This document shows, one piece after another, positions 27,611 through 37,807 of a stretch of DNA of 64,000 bases (position 1 is its first letter; every line of letters starts with the position of its first letter). The notes beneath the pieces were generated by a model. That model did no database searches, was not told where the DNA came from, and saw nothing but the letters and a program-made list of their open reading frames with translations. This DNA comes from a virus. The stretch covers positions 15,212 to 79,211 of the IMG/VR virus record IMGVR_UViG_3300037234_000438. One strand, 5' to 3'. A program made the position numbers and the translations under genes.

Positions 27611-28786
27611 TTAAAAGAATGATACTCGAATCGTATTCGCGTCTACGTTGCTTGGCGATTGACAATCGAAGCTCATATCATATTTGTATATTCCGCTATC
27701 AACAGTCTTTGGGGCAGCCGTGTAGCGGATCTCCGGTAGCTCGAAAGCAACGGCATTTCCAACTACACTTCTTGCCGCTGCAATTCTCAAAACTGCCGTT
27801 GTGTCTGCTCTAAATGCTGTCTCTGGTGCGAGATCTTCCATCTCCAAGGAGAAGGAGCCCGATATCATCCCGCCAGTTCTTAAAATGTCCGTGATGCCAT
27901 CTGTTGTGATGGCAAGAGATTTGTAATGCTCATTGGTAATCTCGAGAGAGGCGTTGGATACAGCATAAACCGAACCACCAATCTCAAATTCCATCAGAAC
28001 TGCAACGAGAGGATCTTGAGCGTCAAACGTGGCTGCGCCTCCAAGTCCCGTAGCCGATGTTTCAGCGACTCCCGCCTCTGTTTTTTGGCCATTGTAGTTA
28101 AACGTAGGCTTGATGATTTCACCAGTCGTGAAATCTATTGTCAGTGAAGATACCTTACAGCCAGGCACCTCGAAAAGGAATGTATCTCCCTGCCAAAACT
28201 TCGTATAGAAACTGACTTGCTCTGTGAGATGGGGATTGTATCTGGTGCATGCTCTGTGTACTGGCACGCCGGTTCCGGGGGCAATTGCGAGAGCCGGAGA
28301 TACTGTCAATTGGTCGGTGGCGATAGCCGTAACCCACGTCACACTGAAACCATTCGTGGCATCTTGGACGAACACAACATCACCAACCACAATGCTGTCG
28401 GCTGCTACGTCTCCGGTGTCAAGTTCCAGCGCCGTTGTAGTTGAGCCGCCAACGGTCTCCGCAGCATTACCTGTCAATGCTGAAGTTGCACCGATTGCCG
28501 ATTCCCACAAAACGGCACTCTCGGGAGCGCCAGCCGCAGACCCCGATCCCGCAAGTTCCAATTGAACCGAGCCTGAAACATCCGTTTCTGCGCCCCTTAT
28601 CTTCGGCTTTGCAAAGAATGAGTTGGCGATAACATTCCTTTCCTGCATGTCGGGATTGTACGACGGGACATCCAGGCCCTCTTCTGCGGCAATCCCATCG
28701 GCTGGCACCCATGAGCCCGGATCTACTCCAAAAGTAGACTCCTTCTTGGCTCCAAATACGCTTTTACGTTCCAGTATGTTAGCCAT
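27611..28786 (-). CDS. major tail tube protein with inserted beta domain
   Basis: KESTFG.D N-terminus; GCKVSSLTI, ISGSF, F.LP....AP motifs. Confidence 0.8.
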   Translation of the reverse strand: MANILERKSVFGAKKESTFGVDPGSWVPADGIAAEEGLDVPSYNPDMQERNVIANSFFAKPKIRGAETDVSGSVQLELAGSGSAAGAPESAVLWESAIGATSALTGNAAETVGGSTTTALELDTGDVAADSIVVGDVVFVQDATNGFSVTWVTAIATDQLTVSPALAIAPGTGVPVHRACTRYNPHLTEQVSFYTKFWQGDTFLFEVPGCKVSSLTIDFTTGEIIKPTFNYNGQKTEAGVAETSATGLGGAATFDAQDPLVAVLMEFEIGGSVYAVSNASLEITNEHYKSLAITTDGITDILRTGGMISGSFSLEMEDLAPETAFRADTTAVLRIAAARSVVGNAVAFELPEIRYTAAPKTVDSGIYKYDMSFDCQSPSNVDANTIRVSFF

Positions 28787-28789
28787 TAC

Positions 28790-29062
28790 TTAAACCTCCT
28801 TGCGGTCTGTCTGTTTGAATTTTGGATCGGCCTTCTTAGCCGCTGTTTTTACTTTTGATTTTGTTAATATTGTCTCGGCGCAAGATTCCAGTCTCTCACT
28901 GTAATTCTTCCCAGCTACCGTAGCGACAAAGTCTTTCAATGTTTCCCTGACAACTTCTGCGTTCCGTTCTCCAGGCAGCTTGAGGCAAATCCCCCTCACG
29001 GCGCCATTCAGGTCACCTACCCTGCGATAGGATTCTAGTGCATTTTTTACAAATTCCTTCAT
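28790..29062 (-). CDS. hypothetical protein
   Basis: GGAGG RBS; in operon. Confidence 0.6.
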   Translation of the reverse strand: MKEFVKNALESYRRVGDLNGAVRGICLKLPGERNAEVVRETLKDFVATVAGKNYSERLESCAETILTKSKVKTAAKKADPKFKQTDRKEV

Positions 29063-29077
29063 TGATGCCTCCGTGAG

Positions 29078-29779
29078 TTAGTTGTCGCCTATCGGCTCTT
29101 TCCGCTTAACGGCGAGTGGTATCGTGAGATAATAGCCACCCTCGGTCTGTGGGTTAAAGTAAAACCTTGTATCTTGAAGCTCGAGATCGGTTATGGTCTC
29201 TCCGACGGGAAGGCTTCCTAGTAGTTCGAGGTTTCTCTCGAGCGCCCGCCTAACTATCTTGGAGTACTGTGTCTTTCTTGTTTCTGAGTCTTCTTCGTCG
29301 TTATCAAAATAAAGGATCGATATTATGAATGGATAGACGGCAAACTGCTGCTGACTGCCTATCTGTGTTCTGCTCCAGTTCTCAAGCATCTGATAGAGAA
29401 ATATCCCCCTTGAATCCTCGACGTAATTAAAATTCCTCGGCATGCCCTTGCGAACATACAGATGCTCCCCTGTAACAGCTCCCGTGTCTGCCTCTCCAAA
29501 ATTACTTGCCAGAGTAAGAGATGTGTCTGATTCTACCGATGCAACTTTGTACCACTCTGTAGACCCCTGCGCTCTAATGGCGCCTCCTTTCACAATTGCC
29601 GCACCTCTGGAGTCGCGCCCCATCAGGTCCGACAGGAACGCTGTCCCTGCGCCCGTAACGGTGGCTGACCCATCTAAGAAGGAGAGATTCCCAGTTAGAG
29701 TGTTTCCGAACTCCGTAAAAATATCTGCGTCATTGCGTATCTGCTTTATGATCGCGTCTTGAACGACTTCTGCGCTCAT
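29078..29779 (-). CDS. putative tail terminator with inserted beta domain
   Basis: Position before tube; VQDAIIKQI N-terminal helix. Confidence 0.5.
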   Translation of the reverse strand: MSAEVVQDAIIKQIRNDADIFTEFGNTLTGNLSFLDGSATVTGAGTAFLSDLMGRDSRGAAIVKGGAIRAQGSTEWYKVASVESDTSLTLASNFGEADTGAVTGEHLYVRKGMPRNFNYVEDSRGIFLYQMLENWSRTQIGSQQQFAVYPFIISILYFDNDEEDSETRKTQYSKIVRRALERNLELLGSLPVGETITDLELQDTRFYFNPQTEGGYYLTIPLAVKRKEPIGDN

Positions 29780-30615
29780 TATTTTTGACTCCTAAGAAAG
29801 GCTTCGATTTCCTTTCTGTGTCTTTCTATCGCCGCATTAGATGCGCCCTGAGCTCTCAGTGGGGCCAAGTGGTTTTCTATATTCACTTCGATATCACTCA
29901 TTATTACCTCGGCCTCCATCGCCTCAGCCTCGGCGATAGGTATATTATCTACGCCTTCACCAGCCACTACCTCTCCGCCTTCCGGCTTGACAACCCCTTT
30001 GCCTTCGATAGCTGCCGTTAAAACCTTGTCGATGTCTTCCAGAATTAGACCTACATCTTCATCATCGAGGTGCATAAATTTAATCTCGCGACCTTTGCTT
30101 CCGGTAAAAAAGTCTCTCTGTCCGTAAAACTTAGTCTCCATTGGTTCTGGGTCTATGTATATTTTGCTGTACCCATGACCCTTAATGTATATTCCGTATA
30201 GTTCAACTTCTGCTCCTTCACCCCATTGAACACAGGAATTTAAGACCTGAGTGCCATCAGCCCTTTCTGCATATGTGGGTGGTGGTGGCGATTCGTTTCC
30301 TTTGGGCCACATCCCCTCAAGAAATACTCTCCCTTCTTTTTTATCGCTTTCTGCACTTATGGAGTCTATTGTGCTTCCGGTAAATATCCCAGGAGGCCTA
30401 GACGTTCCGAATGCTCCCTGCTTCCATTGCTGCCAGATACTCGCTTTGTTTACTTGAGCCGCAAATCGTGCGAGGTATTTCCCTTTTACCTGCCTATACG
30501 CCCTATTGGCGCCAACCTTATTGAGGCCAACAGGATTCATAGCCTCCATCATCCTGCCTACGGTGGCGTCCACTTCGCTAAAATCAGCCTGTATTCTGAA
30601 GCTAACTGTGCTCAT
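29779..30615 (-). CDS. putative neck / tail completion protein
   Basis: TG....SI motif; synteny. Confidence 0.45.
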   Translation of the reverse strand: MSTVSFRIQADFSEVDATVGRMMEAMNPVGLNKVGANRAYRQVKGKYLARFAAQVNKASIWQQWKQGAFGTSRPPGIFTGSTIDSISAESDKKEGRVFLEGMWPKGNESPPPPTYAERADGTQVLNSCVQWGEGAEVELYGIYIKGHGYSKIYIDPEPMETKFYGQRDFFTGSKGREIKFMHLDDEDVGLILEDIDKVLTAAIEGKGVVKPEGGEVVAGEGVDNIPIAEAEAMEAEVIMSDIEVNIENHLAPLRAQGASNAAIERHRKEIEAFLRSQK

Positions 30616-31181
30616 TAGCCCTCAAGTTTGACCTGAAGCTCGATTAGCCCTTCAGCGTAAAAAGGGTTAATGCTCCCAGCGATTTTTAGATTACGGTTGC
30701 CGTCATCCACTATGACTGTCTTGCTGGTGATACCACTTGGCTGACAGTAAAGATAATACGTCTGATCCTTACCTCCAAACCCGGGAGTCACTACCCCTCT
30801 GTCGGACATCTGGGTAAGACTTCCATCGATTATCAGGCAAGGAATGTCTGTCGTCCCAGCGACAAACTTCTTTGATGTGTTATCCAGGCTCTTCAAGCTG
30901 ATCGTGTGGTTACACCTCAAGAGGCGTGCATTTATTTTTAAGAACTCATCAACTCTTTCATCTGGAGATAAGCCAGCCACAAGAAAATTAGTTGCCTGGG
31001 TTGCGATAGAAGCGAGAACGAGATCTCCCGCGACTACCCCGCTATCGGTTTTAAACCATGCCACATATTCGTAGGTCGCCGCCTTAAGCTTTGGGTTAAT
31101 ATAAGCGTAGGTGCTGACGTTGGTGTCCCTTACAAGAGTTACCGCTTGCCCAATCTCTTCAATCGTTGAGTTGACACTCAT
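30615..31181 (-). CDS. putative head closure protein
   Basis: Synteny; beta-rich. Confidence 0.45.
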   Translation of the reverse strand: MSVNSTIEEIGQAVTLVRDTNVSTYAYINPKLKAATYEYVAWFKTDSGVVAGDLVLASIATQATNFLVAGLSPDERVDEFLKINARLLRCNHTISLKSLDNTSKKFVAGTTDIPCLIIDGSLTQMSDRGVVTPGFGGKDQTYYLYCQPSGITSKTVIVDDGNRNLKIAGSINPFYAEGLIELQVKLEG

Positions 31182-31630
31182 TAGTCCTCCCTGTAGTCTT
31201 CGCCCACGGAATCGTCCACCAACCCACTTCCATAGACAACTACTCCGAACACATCATCTGCACTCACAAAAATATGAGCTGTAGTGTTCGCCTCTCTGGC
31301 AGTGGCAAAACTCGCCTCGGCTTTATCGATCATCTCCTTAAGGCTCCTGGCTACCTGCCCTCTCTTTAAGCCTTCAACGTCAAATTTTAATACGTTTCTG
31401 CGGTACTGGTCGTGAAGGAAATAAAGTCCCATCATCTCAATCAACCAATACTGCTTGACCACATAGTCGACATCGGCTACTGATGTGGGATTCTCATATC
31501 CACACCGCCTCGTAGCGTAATTATACGCCTTGTCACCGTCAGGGTCACGCACGTAGGTAGGGTCGTAGATCTGTCCATTATCCAGGCCTATCGCCTTAAG
31601 TTCATCTTTGTCGAGATAAGCGATTGCCAT
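31181..31630 (-). CDS. putative head-tail adaptor
   Basis: MAIAYLDKDELKA N-terminus; synteny. Confidence 0.5.
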   Translation of the reverse strand: MAIAYLDKDELKAIGLDNGQIYDPTYVRDPDGDKAYNYATRRCGYENPTSVADVDYVVKQYWLIEMMGLYFLHDQYRRNVLKFDVEGLKRGQVARSLKEMIDKAEASFATAREANTTAHIFVSADDVFGVVVYGSGLVDDSVGEDYRED

Positions 31631-31951
31631 TTACTCTGCTGGCTCCTCAAGACTGGACTGCGCCGCTTCCAATAGTTCAGTTAAATCAATCTTGCTGGCG
31701 TTGCCTTTGTATTCAATTATACAACCTGGGTTCGCTGCGTTGAACTCCGCAATCAGAGCAACAAGAGCGTCCTTACCAAGGCCTTTCAGCCCATCATCTT
31801 CCTTGACGCACACGACCTCACAGATAAGGGCGCCATTTCTCTTGTCTTTATTGTCCGCCCACGCCTTAAAACTATCGTAATGCTTATCTCCTTCCTCGAG
31901 TATCGTTCTCGGTGGAATATTCAGCATTCTCATATTTACTTTTATCGCCAT
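31631..31951 (-). CDS. head-associated protein with HeH/LEM-like C-terminus
   Basis: L.KDAL..LIA...KGNASK.DL; follows MCP. Confidence 0.45.
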   Translation of the reverse strand: MAIKVNMRMLNIPPRTILEEGDKHYDSFKAWADNKDKRNGALICEVVCVKEDDGLKGLGKDALVALIAEFNAANPGCIIEYKGNASKIDLTELLEAAQSSLEEPAE

Positions 31952-31968
31952 TGCAATCTCCCTGGTTT

Positions 31969-32001
31969 AAAAAAAGGGTGAAGCTAGATGCCTCACCCTT
32001 T
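31969..32001 (-). terminator. Rho-independent terminator after capsid gene
   Basis: Minus strand AAAGGGTGAGGC-loop-GCTTCACCCTTTTTTT. Confidence 0.8.
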
Positions 32002-32022
32002 CGAGATTTAAACCTGTTTAAA

Positions 32023-33270
32023 TTAGACCTTGATTCTTATCCATGTCGGCCTAGTAATCTTTGGCCCACCACTAATACCTGCACCGACTTCGAGGGTGTA
32101 GGGAACTTTCTCGTCGAAGTGAGTCCAAATATATCGACCAGGGAGAGGCTTAGTCCAGCTCTGCGCCTTTACGAGGCTTGGAGTGGAGATCCAGTTGTTA
32201 GCCATAACCCTGTCGTTAGGAACAGCTTTGATTAGAACGTACCCGTCCGTAAGGAACTGCTTGTAAACAGTCACTCTGTCGCCCACCAGATAAGCTTTGC
32301 TGATACCCGCTGACACAGTGATAGTGTTGCCGGAAATGGAAGAGATAGTAGCCTCCTCTTCTTCTCCAATTGTGTTTCTCAGGGTAATCACGTCTGCGGC
32401 GGTGAACTCGGAAGCGTCAGTCACTACGAGAGTAGTATCTGCGACTGGAGCAGCCTCGACGAACCTGGACTCCTCTGCGTAGATCCTATTGTCCTTTTCC
32501 ATAGTGAGGCCAGTCAAAGTGTCAAAGACCTTTTTTCTGTTAGAAGACCCCTCAACAAGCGCCGGAGAATTAGTCACCATAGTCTGCGTCGCCGTGGCGA
32601 GGTAGAATTCCTCAAGCGTATTAATGGACATGAACGCGGTCTCAGCAACAAGGCCAAGCTTGGTGGCCATGTAATTCACAGCTCCGATCATGTCGGCAAC
32701 AGGAGTTGCGGAGCCAACAGTGTGCCATACTCCGCCAGATGACCATGGAGGCGAGCTTGCCACGTCAACATAATACTTGGCGGGGATCTTTGGGTCGTAG
32801 GTATAATTTACGCCATACCTTGCTTCCGAAAACGTTCCGTCGATCAGAATCTTAGACGTCACATACTCGATGAGAGTGTTTAGTCTAAGGTCGAGGAAGT
32901 TAAGAGCCGCTGAAGCAAGCCCGTCTCCCCATAGCTTAGTAGGTACTGCTGGGTCAACAGCCTCTTGAAGAACCTGCTCTCCAAATTGAACTGCCTCTCT
33001 CCAGTGCCCAGAAGTGTGCTCTTTGTACGAGCTTCCAGGGATGGAAATTCTCTTGTGGTCGGCGCCAAGATTAACCGGATTGGTACGCCCGAATGCTCCG
33101 TTATTGATCAGGTCGAGAAGTACTGTCTTGTCGACCTCTTTAAAGGGCAGAAAGTTGTCCGTCAGCCGGAATGCATCTGGCGCTGGCTCGAACTCATTAA
33201 TAGCTGCGTCCATAATCGGCTGTCTAAAAGCCCTGGACTCGCCTAGTTTTAAAAACTCGTCACCTGTCAT
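32023..33270 (-). CDS. major capsid protein (lambda gpE-like) with insertion domain
   Basis: 415 aa after decoration gene; LRLNTLIEY....LIDG, W......P.AD motifs. Confidence 0.8.
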   Translation of the reverse strand: MTGDEFLKLGESRAFRQPIMDAAINEFEPAPDAFRLTDNFLPFKEVDKTVLLDLINNGAFGRTNPVNLGADHKRISIPGSSYKEHTSGHWREAVQFGEQVLQEAVDPAVPTKLWGDGLASAALNFLDLRLNTLIEYVTSKILIDGTFSEARYGVNYTYDPKIPAKYYVDVASSPPWSSGGVWHTVGSATPVADMIGAVNYMATKLGLVAETAFMSINTLEEFYLATATQTMVTNSPALVEGSSNRKKVFDTLTGLTMEKDNRIYAEESRFVEAAPVADTTLVVTDASEFTAADVITLRNTIGEEEEATISSISGNTITVSAGISKAYLVGDRVTVYKQFLTDGYVLIKAVPNDRVMANNWISTPSLVKAQSWTKPLPGRYIWTHFDEKVPYTLEVGAGISGGPKITRPTWIRIKV

Positions 33271-33300
33271 TTTTTAAGTCCTCCTAAATTAGTTGTGAGC

Positions 33301-33957
33301 TTACTTCATCTCGATGAGGCTGATGGCCTGATTATCTGCCGCAACAAAATAAGTTGCGTTTTCGATCAAATCTTGATTGAACGCGCCATCAATGAACCCG
33401 TTAGAGCCAAAGTCTTTAACTCCATCGAATGTGATATCTCCAGCAACAACAACAACGTTAGCGCTAAGCTCTGTGCCGTCAGCCAAGACGAGAAGGTCGG
33501 CGGTGGCAGGTGTGTTAGTGAAGACTTCGCCTGTGCATGTGATCCTCGTGAAACCTGCGCCCGCAGTTCCGCCACCAGCAACACTGACAATATCGATTGT
33601 GAGACTTGTCAGTGCGCCTGTGTCCAAAGCGCCGTCAGATACATCGTAGAATTTGACAAGGTCACCGACCTTAAACCTTCTTGCGAGAGCGTCCGGAACA
33701 TCACATACGAAGTTTGTACTGTTTGTAATGTCGGTCATTGCCGCATTGCTGAAGAAAGGTAGCGCCCCGAAAGGAGTAGCTGTTTTTCTTGCGTAAAGGC
33801 GTGGGCCAGTTTGGATCTCTGTATCGCTGGCGGAAACACCATACCTTGCGTCACTTCCGTCGATAGTGATTGGGACAGATCTTCCAGGGCGTCCGATCAT
33901 AGCCTCTGATCCACCCTGATTTGCAGCGGGGTATCCAACCCCAGGATATTCACTCAT
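33301..33957 (-). CDS. head decoration protein
   Basis: Position between protease and MCP. Confidence 0.6.
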   Translation of the reverse strand: MSEYPGVGYPAANQGGSEAMIGRPGRSVPITIDGSDARYGVSASDTEIQTGPRLYARKTATPFGALPFFSNAAMTDITNSTNFVCDVPDALARRFKVGDLVKFYDVSDGALDTGALTSLTIDIVSVAGGGTAGAGFTRITCTGEVFTNTPATADLLVLADGTELSANVVVVAGDITFDGVKDFGSNGFIDGAFNQDLIENATYFVAADNQAISLIEMK

Positions 33958-33985
33958 TTTTTATGCCTCCTGCTTATTAATTAGT

Positions 33986-34534
33986 TTATTTCGCCTCTGA
34001 CCTTACTTTCGCGCCAGAACTCCTGACTAGATTCTTAGCGTACTCGCTGTCTTCTTTGGCGGTAGCGGTTTTCGCGGCGTCGGTCTTGGATGCGGTCAGT
34101 CCTGGGCCTCCATCACTAAGGTCGAGAGTTTTCTCCCAGTCTGCCACTTCTGCGGAGAATGCAGCAGCGAATGCTTTGCCGGAATCGCTCTCTGCCGTGA
34201 ATGCCTCGTCGTCCTTGACAAACCCTTCATGGCTCACCATGGCCTCAACTTTCACATGGTACTTCTCAGGGATGTCAGAGTCAGCCAGAATCTCACTTTT
34301 GATGGTTTTCGCAGTGGCCTTATCTTGGCTTGCTTCCATCAGGGAGACCTTCTTGTCCTTCTCCTTTCCTTCCTTTTCGAGGCTTTGAATGTTAACGTTG
34401 GCCTGGTCAAGCTCAACCTTGACCACCTCATACTTCGCATCGCTTTCTTCGACAGACACATATCCCACACGGGCTTCTGCTGTAATTGCATCTACCAGCT
34501 CCGGGCATTCGATCTTTAATTCCTTCAGATTCAT
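33986..34534 (-). CDS. nested in-frame scaffold protein (Nu3-like)
   Basis: GAGGAGG RBS before internal ATG 34534 (MNLKELK...PEL). Confidence 0.65.
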   Translation of the reverse strand: MNLKELKIECPELVDAITAEARVGYVSVEESDAKYEVVKVELDQANVNIQSLEKEGKEKDKKVSLMEASQDKATAKTIKSEILADSDIPEKYHVKVEAMVSHEGFVKDDEAFTAESDSGKAFAAAFSAEVADWEKTLDLSDGGPGLTASKTDAAKTATAKEDSEYAKNLVRSSGAKVRSEAK

Positions 34535-35464
34535 GCTTTCCTCCTCTTTATTTGTTTTAGTTCCATGTGTCCAATTACCTTTTTCGGCCTGAGTTTCCGC
34601 ATGCTCAATACTCAGAACACTATCAAGCGTTGCTATCTCGTGGACAAGGCCTAACTCAACGCCCTCCTGGCCATTGAAAATCTTAGAGCCATCTGTTATC
34701 TCCAGAGCCTTCTCGGCAGAGATGCCAAGATTTTTGGCCACACTCTCAACAAAGATACTATACAGCCCGTCGATCTCACCCTGGATTAACGCCTCTCCTT
34801 CCTTCGTTAAGGGCTCTGCTTCGCGACCCATCCCTTTATACTTCCCCTGATAGATATACTTCTTTTTAACACCTTCATTCTCGTAGTACTTGCTGTAGTC
34901 ATAATGGGCCGTAATTACGCCAACAGATCCAACGATGGCGGTCTCAGAAGAAGCAACGATCTTGTCTGCGGCGCTGGCAATCCAATAAGCAGCGGAGGCG
35001 GCCATACCATCGACATACGCAATTATAGGTTTCCCTCCCCTGCTTTCGTATATTAGGTCGGCAAGCTCTTTTGTTCCATCTATTGTCCCTCCGGGGCTAT
35101 CTATGTGGAGTACAATTTGCTTCACACTGTCGTCGGCTAGCGCGGCCCTGAAATCGTTGCTCACCAGCGCCATCGATGTAGCACCGGAGAACTCGGTCAT
35201 CATATTTGCTTTCTTGAAGAGTGGCCCCTTGATCGGAACGACAGCGCTCCCGTTGGTAAGCGACATTTCGTGAGAATATCCCGCGTCACCTTTAAAGTCG
35301 TCGCTGGCATCGATTCCATGTATTTTGCGGCCTACAATCCCATGTATTTGATCAAGCCAATTCGGGATGATAGCCCATGAGCTCTTAGTAAGATCACCGA
35401 TTACGTGCTTGTAGTATTGCGTGCCAATGTTGGTCACCAGGGGGTCTTTGTAGTCTTTTTTCAT
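33986..35464 (-). CDS. S49 prohead protease with C-terminal scaffold
   Basis: LHIDSPGG, MAASAAYWIAS, VGSVGV, GKYK. Confidence 0.9.
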   Translation of the reverse strand: MKKDYKDPLVTNIGTQYYKHVIGDLTKSSWAIIPNWLDQIHGIVGRKIHGIDASDDFKGDAGYSHEMSLTNGSAVVPIKGPLFKKANMMTEFSGATSMALVSNDFRAALADDSVKQIVLHIDSPGGTIDGTKELADLIYESRGGKPIIAYVDGMAASAAYWIASAADKIVASSETAIVGSVGVITAHYDYSKYYENEGVKKKYIYQGKYKGMGREAEPLTKEGEALIQGEIDGLYSIFVESVAKNLGISAEKALEITDGSKIFNGQEGVELGLVHEIATLDSVLSIEHAETQAEKGNWTHGTKTNKEEESMNLKELKIECPELVDAITAEARVGYVSVEESDAKYEVVKVELDQANVNIQSLEKEGKEKDKKVSLMEASQDKATAKTIKSEILADSDIPEKYHVKVEAMVSHEGFVKDDEAFTAESDSGKAFAAAFSAEVADWEKTLDLSDGGPGLTASKTDAAKTATAKEDSEYAKNLVRSSGAKVRSEAK

Positions 35465-35466
35465 TA

Positions 35467-37086
35467 TTACTCCTCTTGACCTTCTTCTTTTTTGACTGGG
35501 GGTTTGCCTGTCATTGAGTCTGTCTCGCTTTCTTTTGGCGTCAGGTCTGTCGTGCCGTCCTCGATCATTCTCAAATCCTTTTCTTTGTCGTAATCTTTAA
35601 TGCCAGCGGACTTCGCAGCCCTGGCATTGCTTACGCCGATACTGCTAAATCCCTTGTGGTTGTTGCCGAGATAAGCTGAGGCGATACCAGCCATCTCGCT
35701 TTCAAATTTTGTGTGGGGAGATATCACCTGTACCATTTCGCATGGCTCCACATCTTCCAGAATTTCTACTGGCTTGCCACTCGTATGGTCTATGAATTTC
35801 TTCTTGAATGTTTCGGGGAGATCTCCGACAATACTCTCTACGTGGAAGCAAAACCTCAGAAGGACGTACTTGATGAAATGCTCATTTTTGTTTTGCATAT
35901 TCTCAACGTCTATTTCCAGTGGCGAGCGTGATGCTTTGGCTGAGCCATATGTTGCCCTGCCCATATCCCCTTGAAACATGTCCTGAGGTGATTGCGCACC
36001 CGCGCCCGCAATATTAAGGAGGTCCCGGTTGTCGCCATCCAATTTCGACATCTGGGGAGCTTTGACATCATAGTCAAGGCCTGGCATCAAAAAAAGCTTT
36101 GAACCCGGAGTGATGGCTGCCGTCAAGCCGAAAGCCTTTTTCTGGTCGTCTGACATTTTTTTGAAAATATGGTAGGCAAGTTTTCCTGCTGGCGTGGAGT
36201 CGAATTTGAATACATTAGTATAGGAGGTTGCTGCTTTTTTGTGATCAAGCTGCCATTTGATTGCATTCCAATAAAGATTGATGGCCTCAAGGATTGCCAC
36301 TAGGGATGAGGTGTCCCTCTCGTACTCATAAATGCCGGAAAGGTTTTTCCAATGGATAACAAATCTTCGGTAGCCGCCTATCTTATTGAAAGATCCTTTT
36401 TTCTTGATGGCCTTGGAAGTTTTGAGCGAATCTTTTTCGAGGTCCTTGAGCAACTTCTCTTTGTCTGGGGCGTAGGCTATATTGATGTCAGGGATAAGCT
36501 CTTTGTCATTGCCTCCATAATACTCATAAAAAAGAGTCTCTCCGGCATCCTCTGGGTTGGTTATGATACCGGTATCTTTCCCTTTACCGATCCTGCCTGG
36601 CTCCAAAGCTCTGATCGTGGCCTTGCCTTCCTCATTGAAGGCGATCAATAGAAATAGCTCTCCTTCGGCCTGCATTCGTGTGATCCAGCCTGTTATTCTG
36701 AAGAAGAGTTGATTCCTCTGTGAAAACCAAAGATCTTTGATTGATTGATGTATACGGTGGATTGGAGTATAGATATCAAAGCCTGCCCCTGCCGTATAAT
36801 CAGACTTCGAGTTTATACTGGCGTTGACTGGGCCGAAGGTGCGGTATTTATTGTATGCTTTTTCTTGGAGGGTTCGGAATTCGGGCTTCTCTGTTTTCTT
36901 TTCCTGGCCAACCTTGGATACCTCGTCGAGAGGGCCTTCATTAAAGATCACATTAGATGCCGGATCTTGCCAATTTGACAAGGCGAAGAGCTTTAAGGAT
37001 GGGTCTCCTTCCGTCATCTCGTCCCAATCTTTCTGTGAAAGGCCGTCCCTGAAGACCTCTGGTACTGTGTTTTCTTCTTCTGCCAT
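35467..37086 (-). CDS. portal protein
   Basis: 539 aa, first late gene; EGELFL; G...ATYGSA; directly before protease. Confidence 0.8.
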   Translation of the reverse strand: MAEEENTVPEVFRDGLSQKDWDEMTEGDPSLKLFALSNWQDPASNVIFNEGPLDEVSKVGQEKKTEKPEFRTLQEKAYNKYRTFGPVNASINSKSDYTAGAGFDIYTPIHRIHQSIKDLWFSQRNQLFFRITGWITRMQAEGELFLLIAFNEEGKATIRALEPGRIGKGKDTGIITNPEDAGETLFYEYYGGNDKELIPDINIAYAPDKEKLLKDLEKDSLKTSKAIKKKGSFNKIGGYRRFVIHWKNLSGIYEYERDTSSLVAILEAINLYWNAIKWQLDHKKAATSYTNVFKFDSTPAGKLAYHIFKKMSDDQKKAFGLTAAITPGSKLFLMPGLDYDVKAPQMSKLDGDNRDLLNIAGAGAQSPQDMFQGDMGRATYGSAKASRSPLEIDVENMQNKNEHFIKYVLLRFCFHVESIVGDLPETFKKKFIDHTSGKPVEILEDVEPCEMVQVISPHTKFESEMAGIASAYLGNNHKGFSSIGVSNARAAKSAGIKDYDKEKDLRMIEDGTTDLTPKESETDSMTGKPPVKKEEGQEE

Positions 37087-37238
37087 GTTTCTCCTGATTG
37101 ATTATCTTTGCCTTATACTTGTCCGTAAGGGGGTCTTTGGAAATCAAACATCCCTTTGATCCGCTGAGCGGAGAGTCGAGGATTAATTTATTGGGAAAAT
37201 CAATGTGAGGTATTTAGAAATTATATGTCACTTTTTTC

Positions 37239-37267
37239 TTGACGGGTTTATCTGAATATGTTTTAAT
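37239..37267 (+). promoter_or_regulatory. sigma70-type promoter for the rightward block
   Basis: TTGACG-N17-TTTAAT with extended -10 TG. Confidence 0.6.
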
Positions 37268-37305
37268 TACTTCATTACTGAGCATTAATTTGAAACGGAG
37301 AAGAT

Positions 37306-37563
37306 ATGACAACTGATGAGCTTGCTGAAGTAGGACGATTTAACACCGCAGAGATTAAGATTCTTTGCATGAGAAGAGGCGTGCAATTGATTAAGATAGC
37401 CGAAGACCTCAGTCTTCACAGGATGACCGTGAGCAACGTTGTTAATAATAAGAGGCTTAAGGACTTCAAGTTTGACCTTGTCGTCAAGATAAGGGACCAC
37501 ATAGTATCCATATTCGGTGTTCCGCTTGAAGACATAATGAGCAAGGAGGATTCCAATGTTTGA
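37306..37563 (+). CDS. HTH DNA-binding protein (Cro/Ner-like)
   Basis: LIKIAEDLSLHRMTVSNVVN. Confidence 0.7.
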   Translation: MTTDELAEVGRFNTAEIKILCMRRGVQLIKIAEDLSLHRMTVSNVVNNKRLKDFKFDLVVKIRDHIVSIFGVPLEDIMSKEDSNV

Positions 37564-37807
37564 TATCAGTTCTACTGTTGGTGAGATTGCCATTACCGGT
37601 ATTCTTGGCATGGTGTTTTGGTGGCTATTTGGCATGATGGCGCTTTCGATTGATGCTGTTAGAAAAAAGCGAGATGCTATCCTTTTGGTTAAGAAGAATC
37701 ACGAGCAGCTTCAGGCACTCATAAAGAAGGATGCGGCATTCAAGGAATTCATGAAGCACCTTGAGACGATTACACCGGAAGCTATCAGAAGGGAGGCGTT
37801 GCATTGA
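37556..37807 (+). CDS. small membrane protein
   Basis: AGGAGG RBS; TM helix. Confidence 0.6.
   Translation: MFDISSTVGEIAITGILGMVFWWLFGMMALSIDAVRKKRDAILLVKKNHEQLQALIKKDAAFKEFMKHLETITPEAIRREALH

Noticed and set aside
9242-37159. Many plus-strand ORFs over the late operon (e.g. 9288-9800, 26003-26644, 27088-27600), and minus-strand ORFs over the + blocks
   Set aside because: Antisense shadows of well-supported genes, with no RBS or recognisable motif.
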